Source: a virus
Reading direction: 5' to 3' (one strand)
IMG/VR virus record: IMGVR_UViG_3300020183_000013
Coordinates: 73,576 to 137,575 of that record
DNA: 64,000 nt
A model generated the notes under the pieces. The model had not been told where the DNA came from, did not search any database, and saw nothing but the letters and a program-made list of their open reading frames with translations. Each line of letters begins with the position of its first letter. Position 1 is the first letter of the stretch. The translations under genes and the position numbers were made by a program. This document shows positions 1 to 6,109 of this stretch, one piece after another.

Positions 1-57
1 GACCGCGAACATGTTCGTGACATTATGATCGAACGGTTCGGTCTTGTGCCAACCTGA
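1..57 (+). CDS. 3' end of a small early gene (partial)
   Basis: Frame 1 reads DREHVRDIMIERFGLVPT*; the stop lies inside the first palindromic module, as in downstream cassettes. Confidence 0.6.
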   Translation, partial: DREHVRDIMIERFGLVPT

Positions 58-105
58 GAACTGGCACACGGGGTCGCCACAGACCCCACCCCCTGACCCT
101 ATACT
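46..105 (+). promoter_or_regulatory. Early promoter module 1: palindrome + hairpin + -10 box
   Basis: GTGCCA-N10-TGGCAC 46-67, hairpin GGGGTC..GACCCC, TATACT 100-105. Confidence 0.8.
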
Positions 106-130
106 GATTCAGTCAACCACACACGAGATC

Positions 131-391
131 ATGCTCAAGAAAGTATCACCCGAAAAGGCAACTCCATCTCCTGTTGTAGTTAACAAAGGAAAGCATGGAT
201 ACAACTGCTGGGTGTATTCTAGCAGGATTCAGAAGAATGGCAACACATACTTTAAGTATACAATTGCCCACACATTCAAGCAAAAGTTTGTATCTAGAGA
301 GGATGCCCTGATGTATGGTTGGGCGAAAGTTAATGGGCACAAAGTTACAACTTTCGATGTGCCCATGCGCCACAAACCTGTGACAGTCTGA
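131..391 (+). CDS. Hypothetical early protein (86 aa)
   Basis: ATG at 131 follows the -10 box; the upstream start at 44 lies inside the promoter module. Confidence 0.75.
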   Translation: MLKKVSPEKATPSPVVVNKGKHGYNCWVYSSRIQKNGNTYFKYTIAHTFKQKFVSREDALMYGWAKVNGHKVTTFDVPMRHKPVTV

Positions 392-438
392 CTAGTGGCA
401 CAAGACCCCTTGCGGTTCTCCTGATTCTGGTTTACATT
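380..438 (+). promoter_or_regulatory. Early promoter module 2
   Basis: GTGACA-N10-TGGCAC 380-401, TACATT 433-438. Confidence 0.8.
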
Positions 439-465
439 ACATTCGTTCAAACAAAGGAACACCAA

Positions 466-711
466 ATGCGTCCTGTTTCTGTTCACCCTGAGAAAAGCAT
501 TCGGTTCACTGAACACGCTAAGTTCTGGTGTGAAATGTTGAACAATTATCGCAAATGTTACCCTAAGCATTCGTTTGCTAAAATGGCAGAACATTTCGAT
601 CTGAGTGAAACAAATGCCCGCCGATATTACTATGGAATGCATCAAGCAAATCTGGGGTATTTTGGCAATGGTTACAATCAAATCCGCAGGGGTGCCTGTG
701 TGACACTCTGA
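466..711 (+). CDS. Small early protein with HTH-like segment
   Basis: SFAKMAEHFDLSETNARRYY fits a helix-turn-helix pattern; AAAGGAAC lies upstream of the ATG. Confidence 0.6.
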   Translation: MRPVSVHPEKSIRFTEHAKFWCEMLNNYRKCYPKHSFAKMAEHFDLSETNARRYYYGMHQANLGYFGNGYNQIRRGACVTL

Positions 712-758
712 GAACTGCCACAAGGGGGGTTGCAATGCTCCCCAATCCGTTCTACATT
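700..758 (+). promoter_or_regulatory. Early promoter module 3
   Basis: GTGACA-N10-TGCCAC 700-721, TACATT 753-758; TACATTACATTCGTTC is shared with module 2. Confidence 0.8.
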
Positions 759-783
759 ACATTCGTTCCTGAGACACCAACCG

Positions 784-1221
784 ATGACCGTGACTCTGAC
801 TGCTTCCTATCGTGAAATGCTGCACGAAGATGCAGTTGCTAAGATCGATGAGCTTCTGGAGGAGAACTATGCTCTCGATGATATGCTTGAGTTCATCGAT
901 GAGCGTAATGAGACCAACTTCGTTCTCTTTTATGAAGAGTATGTGCGTGTTGGTGAAGCAATCGGTTATGAAGCAGTAGATGCTCTCATTGATGAAATGG
1001 GATGCGTTTCTGACATTGAAGATTGCGACGAACGTTATCAAGGTTGCTATCAAGATGAGGCAGAGTTTGCAGAATCTTTCTACAATGAAATGGGTTGCAA
1101 CATCCCTGAAGGAATTGTAGTGGATTGGGAAGCAACGTGGGAAACTTCGCTGCATTATGATTACACTTCCTGCAGTGATGGTAGCACCTATCGTTCTTGC
1201 CACATCTTCCGCGATTGCTGA
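784..1221 (+). CDS. ardA: ArdA-like antirestriction (DNA-mimic) protein
   Basis: Very acidic; YQGCYQDEAEFAESFY..IP..IVVDWEATWE.L.YDY matches the ArdA C-terminal pattern; ATG at 784 follows the -10 box. Confidence 0.65.
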   Translation: MTVTLTASYREMLHEDAVAKIDELLEENYALDDMLEFIDERNETNFVLFYEEYVRVGEAIGYEAVDALIDEMGCVSDIEDCDERYQGCYQDEAEFAESFYNEMGCNIPEGIVVDWEATWETSLHYDYTSCSDGSTYRSCHIFRDC

Positions 1222-1228
1222 TAAGAAT

Positions 1229-1255
1229 GGGGGGATTAATTCCCTCCCTTTTTTT
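1229..1255 (+). terminator. Intrinsic terminator
   Basis: GGGGGGA-TTAAT-TCCCTCCC followed by T7. Confidence 0.6.
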
Positions 1256-1344
1256 ATACTTTTATTTTAAATATTTTTTAGCAGGGGCGGTGGCGATGGT
1301 TTTCGTCTTAGAGGCTACCCCGCCTCTCATCCGATTGTCCCCAT

Positions 1345-1439
1345 ATTATAAGGCAGCCACGGGGGCATTCGTGGGCAGCCAGTGCCACTTCCCGAACTGA
1401 CCACGACCCATTGCGTTGGGTGCTGATCCGTGCCATACT
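1345..1439. promoter_or_regulatory. Bidirectional early promoter module 4
   Basis: GTGCCA-N10-TGACCAC 1382-1404; + strand CATACT 1434-1439; - strand TATAAT 1350-1345 at equivalent spacing. Confidence 0.7.
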
Positions 1440-1445
1440 AACCGT

Positions 1446-2357
1446 ATGCAAAACAAACACCTCGAACACCCCGAAGATACCATCCTCACGGGTGACCTTT
1501 CTGTTCTTGATTGGTTTACTGCTGCAGGATTCCTGAGTGTAAAGATTGATGGTGCCCCTGCAATTGTATGGGGTAAGAATCCTGCGAACGGTAAGTTCTT
1601 CGTTGGCACCAAAGCTGTGTTCAACAAAGTAAAGATTCGTATTGCACACAATTATGAAGAAATTGATGCGTTCTATCAAGGTGAGGTTGCGTCTATTCTT
1701 CGTGCTTGTTTTGATTATCTGCCTCGCATCGATGGTATCATTCAAGGGGATTTTATTGGTTTTGGCGGTAGTGATGAGTATTGCCCCAACACGATTACTT
1801 ACCAGTTTGGTGAAGTAGTAACTGAAGAGATCATTGTTGCACCTCACACTTACTACGTTGCAGAAAAGGATCTGCGGGATGCTGTAGCGTATCCGATGAA
1901 CTTTATCATCACTGATACTCCCTGTGTGAAGTTTGTGAAACCTGATGTATACATTGCACACGGTCAAGAATCGTTCGCTGATGTAAAAGAAGTCTGTGGA
2001 TTTGCTCGTCAAATGTCTACTCTTGCAACGTTTGTAACTGATAAGGAAGCACAGAAGATCAAGCAACAACTGAATGCCTGCATTCGTGCTGGTGAAGAAG
2101 TCAACCCTGAGGACTTTGATTGTGATGCTAACCTGTTGCGTTTGTGGGCACTGGTGAAGTCGATTAAGGATGATTGTCTGTTCCTTTGTCGTAACAATGG
2201 GCCTGCAGCTTATCTGGGTTCTCCTCATAACGGCTATGAAAGAATTGACTCTGAGGGTTACGTAATGACCAATGAGTTTGGTATGTTCAAACTGGTGAAT
2301 CGTGAGGTATTCTCTCACGCCAACTTCACCAACGGTCGATTTCAGTGTGCCACCTAA
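1446..2357 (+). CDS. Ligase-like covalent nucleotidyltransferase-fold protein (DUF6267-like)
   Basis: HLEHPED, SVKIDGAPA (KxDG motif I), QGDF, EGYV and FKLVNR motifs; likely leaderless start 6 nt after CATACT. Confidence 0.7.
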   Translation: MQNKHLEHPEDTILTGDLSVLDWFTAAGFLSVKIDGAPAIVWGKNPANGKFFVGTKAVFNKVKIRIAHNYEEIDAFYQGEVASILRACFDYLPRIDGIIQGDFIGFGGSDEYCPNTITYQFGEVVTEEIIVAPHTYYVAEKDLRDAVAYPMNFIITDTPCVKFVKPDVYIAHGQESFADVKEVCGFARQMSTLATFVTDKEAQKIKQQLNACIRAGEEVNPEDFDCDANLLRLWALVKSIKDDCLFLCRNNGPAAYLGSPHNGYERIDSEGYVMTNEFGMFKLVNREVFSHANFTNGRFQCAT

Positions 2358-2405
2358 ACAAGTGCCACATCCTCCCTTGTGGAGGTCCTGGATTCGTGCC
2401 ATACT
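2347..2405 (+). promoter_or_regulatory. Early promoter module 5
   Basis: GTGCCA-N10-TGCCAC 2347-2368, hairpin CCTCC..GGAGG, CATACT 2400-2405. Confidence 0.8.
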
Positions 2406-2428
2406 ACGTTTGTTGCTGAGGGATTTCA

Positions 2429-2557
2429 ATGGATTTCGACACTGACTTCTGGGGTGAGATTCAAGATGCCCCTGGTGAAATCTTCGACATTCCAGAGTTC
2501 GATGACTCTGATGATTTCAACCTCAATGAGTATTTGAACGCTTCCTACGATTACTGA
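2429..2557 (+). CDS. Hyper-acidic micro-protein (42 aa, not in ORF track)
   Basis: MDFDTDFWGEIQDAPGEIFDIPEFDDSDDFNLNEYLNASYDY*; GAGGG RBS; 14 D/E and no K/R. Confidence 0.7.
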   Translation: MDFDTDFWGEIQDAPGEIFDIPEFDDSDDFNLNEYLNASYDY

Positions 2558-2561
2558 AACA

Positions 2562-2756
2562 ATGCAATTTCAAGTTACTGCAATCGAGTTTGATTTTGAT
2601 GATGAGGATCTACATCCTGAGGAGAAATCTGACATCATCGAGGATACAGTAGGACACATCTGGGAAGCAGATGATGAAGATGATCTCATTGAAGAGATCA
2701 CTTCGTGGACAGGTTGGTGCATCAAATCCATTGATTATCGTCACGTTCTGATCTGA
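2562..2756 (+). CDS. Acidic small hypothetical protein
   Basis: 64 aa, 20 D/E versus 3 K/R; tightly packed operon. Confidence 0.75.
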   Translation: MQFQVTAIEFDFDDEDLHPEEKSDIIEDTVGHIWEADDEDDLIEEITSWTGWCIKSIDYRHVLI

Positions 2757-2758
2757 TT

Positions 2759-2941
2759 ATGTACCGCACTGAACTTCAAGACGCCTACATCAATCAGGTT
2801 CTTGATGATATGGACATCAAAGATGCAATGGCATTGTTGTTTGATTTTATGGATGCTGACCTTGATAAGTATAGTGAAAAGCAACTGATTGAAGAGATTA
2901 GTCACTTTTATCCCGAACTGGTGGAGGATGTGACAGACTGA
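2759..2941 (+). CDS. Acidic small hypothetical protein
   Basis: 60 aa, 17 D/E versus 4 K/R; stop lies within module 6. Confidence 0.75.
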   Translation: MYRTELQDAYINQVLDDMDIKDAMALLFDFMDADLDKYSEKQLIEEISHFYPELVEDVTD

Positions 2942-2989
2942 CTAGTGGCACAAGGGGTCGCCACAGACCCCACCCTGACCCCTTATACT
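2930..2989 (+). promoter_or_regulatory. Early promoter module 6 (mosaic of modules 2 and 1)
   Basis: GTGACA-N10-TGGCAC 2930-2951 is near-identical to 380-401; 2946-2992 is near-identical to 62-108; TATACT 2984-2989. Confidence 0.85.
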
Positions 2990-3012
2990 GATCTCAGTTC
3001 AGACAACCCCCG

Positions 3013-3252
3013 ATGATCGTCCAACAGATCGGCAGCAACATGACCGAAGTGCAACTTGCCGATGGCACTTGTGTACTGGTCTCCTACACGACCCCCGTTG
3101 CTGCCCTTGTGCCTGGGAAGGGATGGATCCGCACTGCCCACAAGTGGAGCGCCACCACCACCAAGCACATTAACAAGTGGCTTGCCAAGAACTGCGGTGG
3201 CGCTGTTCAGACTGTGACACAATGGGAAGTGGATCAACTGCTCGCATTCTGA
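3013..3252 (+). CDS. Small hypothetical early phage protein
   Basis: ORF directly after module 6, C-ending codon bias; VLVSYTTPVAA and WSATTTKHINKWL. Confidence 0.75.
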   Translation: MIVQQIGSNMTEVQLADGTCVLVSYTTPVAALVPGKGWIRTAHKWSATTTKHINKWLAKNCGGAVQTVTQWEVDQLLAF

Positions 3253-3272
3253 CCTTTCCGACCCTGTAGAAT
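3214..3272 (+). promoter_or_regulatory. Early promoter module 7 (degenerate, embedded in CDS)
   Basis: GTGACA-N10-TGGATC 3214-3235; TAGAAT 3267-3272 lies 37 nt from the right half-site. Confidence 0.6.
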
Positions 3273-3276
3273 CCTT

Positions 3277-3477
3277 ATGATCACCACCACCCGATTCCGC
3301 TTGATCCGCACCCCTCGCTTCCTTGCTCCTCTGTTCTACGCTGCCCTCGCTACCCGCCCCCGTGTCGGTGATGAGGCAGCGGCAGTGAGCATCGGTCCTG
3401 CCTACCTTGGCATCTACCGCACCCATAACGGGTTTGAGGTTGTCTACGGCATCCTGAACGAACAGGAAGCACTCTGA
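3277..3477 (+). CDS. Hypothetical protein
   Basis: 66 aa ORF starting right after the -10 box (leaderless-like). Confidence 0.65.
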   Translation: MITTTRFRLIRTPRFLAPLFYAALATRPRVGDEAAAVSIGPAYLGIYRTHNGFEVVYGILNEQEAL

Positions 3478-3533
3478 CCAATGGGAACTGCAGCGCCCTA
3501 AAGACTGCTTCAACCATCCTACCCCTTTCTGAA

Positions 3534-3665
3534 ATGACCCGCGACCTGGCTCTGTCCCTGCTCCGTCAAGGCACCAACGGCGACAGCATCCTTAAGATTC
3601 TGGAGACCATCGCCAACCCTAGCGACGATAGCGCACAACCGACCGCCGAGCCCATCCAGTTCTGA
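3534..3665 (+). CDS. Hypothetical micro-protein (43 aa, not in ORF track)
   Basis: MTRDLALSLLRQGTNGDSILKILETIANPSDDSAQPTAEPIQF*; stop lies inside module 8. Confidence 0.65.
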   Translation: MTRDLALSLLRQGTNGDSILKILETIANPSDDSAQPTAEPIQF

Positions 3666-3711
3666 CTCTGACCACTGGCCCCCTCGGATGATCCGCAGGG
3701 GGCCTTATACT
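3653..3711 (+). promoter_or_regulatory. Early promoter module 8
   Basis: CATCCA-N10-TGACCAC 3653-3675, hairpin GGCCCCCT..AGGGGGCC 3677-3704, TATACT 3706-3711. Confidence 0.7.
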
Positions 3712-3734
3712 AAGGGGACCGAAGCAACTCACCG

Positions 3735-4253
3735 ATGAACACCGCCACCATCACCACCGCCCAGCAACAATACCTGGATGCCTTCGCCGCTCTGTATGAG
3801 GCAGCGGATGCTCTGAACGCCGGTGATCCGATGTCCTATGCCCGTTCCCGTGAGATCCACCTTGCCTGCCTGCTGGGCCACACCGTTGCCGATACGTACA
3901 GCGGTGCTGATGCCTTCGAAGCGGATGGCACCCCTGTAGAGTACAAAAGCACCATCGGCGCTCAGATCTCTGCGACCTACAACGGCATCAGCGTTCAACC
4001 GACCTGGGAAGAGCAGGAGGCCTATCTGATCGACCATAAGATCGGATGCTACCCCCGCCACTATTACGCCCGCTATGAGGGTGCCCAGGTTGCTGAGGTT
4101 TGGGTTCTGGATTCTGATACGGTGCTCTCCCTGCTGCTCCCTAAGGCAGAACGCCAGTACGCCACCAAGCGCAACGGCAAGGCAAAGGATCCCCGCATCG
4201 GCGTCAGCATCTCCGCTGGTGAGATCCGCAAACACGCCCGCCGCCTGGTCTGA
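3735..4253 (+). CDS. PvuII-like PD-(D/E)xK endonuclease
   Basis: GADAFEADGTPVEYKS parallels PvuII GNDAVDNAGQEYELKS; YYARYEGAQVAEVWVL and KDPRIGV parallel the PvuII C-terminal blocks; similar length. Confidence 0.65.
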   Translation: MNTATITTAQQQYLDAFAALYEAADALNAGDPMSYARSREIHLACLLGHTVADTYSGADAFEADGTPVEYKSTIGAQISATYNGISVQPTWEEQEAYLIDHKIGCYPRHYYARYEGAQVAEVWVLDSDTVLSLLLPKAERQYATKRNGKAKDPRIGVSISAGEIRKHARRLV

Positions 4254-4292
4254 TCCGTGCTACAATTCTTTCAGTCCAACCGACACCGACCA

Positions 4293-4478
4293 ATGGCACT
4301 CTACAACATCGCATCCGACCGCACGACCCGCCAGACCATCTGGGTTAGCACCAACGTTGTGAAGGGTCGCCCCCAGATCAACTCCCACTCCTCCGCTGCT
4401 TATGCTCGGGAAGGGTTCGACGGATTCACCGCCGCCGAACTGGCAGGACTTCACACCGACTACCGTGGGGTGGGGTGA
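4293..4478 (+). CDS. Hypothetical protein (61 aa)
   Basis: ATG 4293 follows TGnTACAAT -10 box (4261-4266). Confidence 0.65.
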   Translation: MALYNIASDRTTRQTIWVSTNVVKGRPQINSHSSAAYAREGFDGFTAAELAGLHTDYRGVG

Positions 4479-4511
4479 CCCCCCTCCCATTCGTTCGGAG
4501 CATTCGTGAAT

Positions 4512-4578
4512 GGCAGTTATGGGTATAACGGCGGCGTTATGTCCGCCCGCCCTGCCGTTATAAAAACCCATAACTACC
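4512..4578. other. Long non-coding stem-loop at early/late boundary
   Basis: AGTTATGGGT 4515-4524 pairs with ACCCATAACT 4566-4575; ATAACGGC 4525-4532 pairs with GCCGTTAT 4554-4561. Confidence 0.75.
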
Positions 4579-4650
4579 CTAACCTACAGAGGTGACAAAG
4601 AGCGTGAGAACTATAAGACATAAAAAAATTTTCCGTGGCCACAAGGACCT

Positions 4651-4803
4651 ATGAGACCCTTTTACTATACAAATAAGAAACAAAAACCTTATTGGAATTT
4701 CTGGAAGGTTGTACTTGCAGGATGGTTAATACGATATCCTAAGATAATCTGGGTGCCACTTGGGTTTCTTTTAGTTCTCATATATAATGCTGTGACAAGA
4801 TAA
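4651..4803 (+). CDS. Small membrane protein (50 aa, not in ORF track)
   Basis: MRPFYYTNKKQKPYWNFWKVVLAGWLIRYPKIIWVPLGFLLVLIYNAVTR*; AAGGA RBS. Confidence 0.6.
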   Translation: MRPFYYTNKKQKPYWNFWKVVLAGWLIRYPKIIWVPLGFLLVLIYNAVTR

Positions 4804-4808
4804 GGATT

Positions 4809-5006
4809 ATGGAAAAAATTTCCGGAGAAAAAATTTATCACATCTATGCTCAGGGAAAGTGCATCTACCATTCTTTGACGGAAGACGAGTTTCATACAAC
4901 CTGGATCGCCCTCAAGCGCCTTGCAGAATTAGTGTCAGATCATTCGATACTTTCATACGAAGAAGTACTGACAAATAAGGCAATTGTCTTTGAGTCATCT
5001 CATTGA
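4809..5006 (+). CDS. Hypothetical protein
   Basis: AAGGA RBS; YHIYAQGKCIYHSLTEDEF resembles ORF 5822-5965. Confidence 0.7.
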   Translation: MEKISGEKIYHIYAQGKCIYHSLTEDEFHTTWIALKRLAELVSDHSILSYEEVLTNKAIVFESSH

Positions 5007-5031
5007 CAAGACATATATAAACTGATAAAAT
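5003..5031 (+). promoter_or_regulatory. sigma70-type promoter
   Basis: TTGACA-N17-TAAAAT with extended TG. Confidence 0.75.
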
Positions 5032-5054
5032 TGAACTGAAACAAAAACAATCTT

Positions 5055-5822
5055 ATGGCAAAAGGATTTACAGTAAAAGCAGCATCTCCCAAACCAGCAG
5101 CAGAGCAATGGGACTATGAGGCTATCAAAGAAAGAATGAAAGGAAAATCGATTGTTTTCTGTCTTCCTGGCAGAGGATGTTCGTTTATTTTTCTGAAGGC
5201 ATTTGTACAACTTTGTTTTGATCTGGTACAAAACAATATGAGTATTCAGATTTCTCAGGATTACTCATCAATGGTAAACTTTGCACGTTGTAAAGTGCTT
5301 GGTGCAAATGTTCTCCGTGGTCCGAAGCAAATTCCTTGGGATGGTAAACTACAATATGATTATCAACTTTGGATTGATAGTGACATTGTATTCAACACTG
5401 AGAAGTTCTGGCAACTTTGTGATATGGCTCTTTCTGCTGAAGGGGAAGAAAAAGAAATCGTTGCTGGATGGTATGCTACAGAAGATGGTCACACAACTTC
5501 AGTTGCTCATTGGTTGGAAGAAGATGATTTCCGTAAGAACGGTGGTGTGATGAATCACGAAACCGTTGAATCAATTCAGAAGCGTCGTAAGCCATTTACC
5601 GTTGATTATACTGGATTTGGATGGGTTCTGATTAAGAACGGTGTCTTTGAAAATCTTGAGTATCCTTGGTTTGCTCCGAAGATGCAAGTATTTGAATCTG
5701 GTGCAGTTCAAGATATGTGTGGAGAAGATGTTTCATTCTGTCTCGATGCAAAAGAGACAGGATTTGAGATTTGGTGTGATCCACGTATTCGAGTAGGACA
5801 CGAAAAGACTCGCGTAATCTAA
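5055..5822 (+). CDS. Glycosyltransferase (GT-A / family 2-like)
   Basis: LWIDSDIVF DxD motif, TGFGWVLIK, GEDVSFC, VGHEK. Confidence 0.8.
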   Translation: MAKGFTVKAASPKPAAEQWDYEAIKERMKGKSIVFCLPGRGCSFIFLKAFVQLCFDLVQNNMSIQISQDYSSMVNFARCKVLGANVLRGPKQIPWDGKLQYDYQLWIDSDIVFNTEKFWQLCDMALSAEGEEKEIVAGWYATEDGHTTSVAHWLEEDDFRKNGGVMNHETVESIQKRRKPFTVDYTGFGWVLIKNGVFENLEYPWFAPKMQVFESGAVQDMCGEDVSFCLDAKETGFEIWCDPRIRVGHEKTRVI

Positions 5823-5965
5823 TGTTTAACATCCTCTACAAAGGACGTAAAATATATCAGAATCTCAGTTACGAGGAATGTACTGAGATTCTTGAAGAAC
5901 TTTCTCAAGAGTTCTATCATAATAAAGACTTTGATGTATCTCAACTTGAATTGGAGGAAATTTAA
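5822..5965 (+). CDS. Small acidic hypothetical protein (47 aa)
   Basis: TAATG coupling; MFNILYKGRKIYQNLSYEECTEILEELSQEFY.. Confidence 0.7.
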   Translation: MFNILYKGRKIYQNLSYEECTEILEELSQEFYHNKDFDVSQLELEEI

Positions 5966-6109
5966 ATGGCAAAACGGCCTTCGTTGAATGAACAAAAGAT
6001 TGAATCTAAACCCAAATCAACTCGTCAGGGACTTGGGAAGCATACAAAATACGCTTCCAGTTCACGAAATGGTGCAAGGAAACGTTATAGAGGACAGGGA
6101 AAACCATAA
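5966..6109 (+). CDS. Small basic protein (47 aa)
   Basis: GGAGG RBS; MAKRPSLNEQKIESKPKSTRQGLGKHTKYASSSRNGARKRYRGQGKP*. Confidence 0.75.
   Translation: MAKRPSLNEQKIESKPKSTRQGLGKHTKYASSSRNGARKRYRGQGKP

Noticed and set aside
44-130. Upstream starts given in the ORF track (44, 730, 1416, 4257, 54118, 56303, 57214, 58365)
   Set aside because: They fall within promoter modules or upstream genes; downstream ATGs fit the -10 positions better
1285-1335. Hammerhead ribozyme on the minus strand (CGGAUGA-stem-GAAA)
   Set aside because: The core deviates from CUGAUGA, there is a 6-nt insertion before GAAA, and stems I and III are not convincing
1308-2429. 373-aa minus-strand ORF and other long antisense ORFs (e.g. 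229-735, 2983-3513, 3729-4235, 57154-57732)
   Set aside because: They are shadows of well-supported + strand genes, with no motifs or start signals
46-3711. Repeats as a CRISPR array or a classical integron
   Set aside because: The repeats are degenerate and separated by whole genes; no cas gene, no integrase and no attC consensus in the window
3735-4253. Genome avoidance of the PvuII site CAGCTG
   Set aside because: Several CAGCTG sites are present (e.g. 24034, 33328, 41225)
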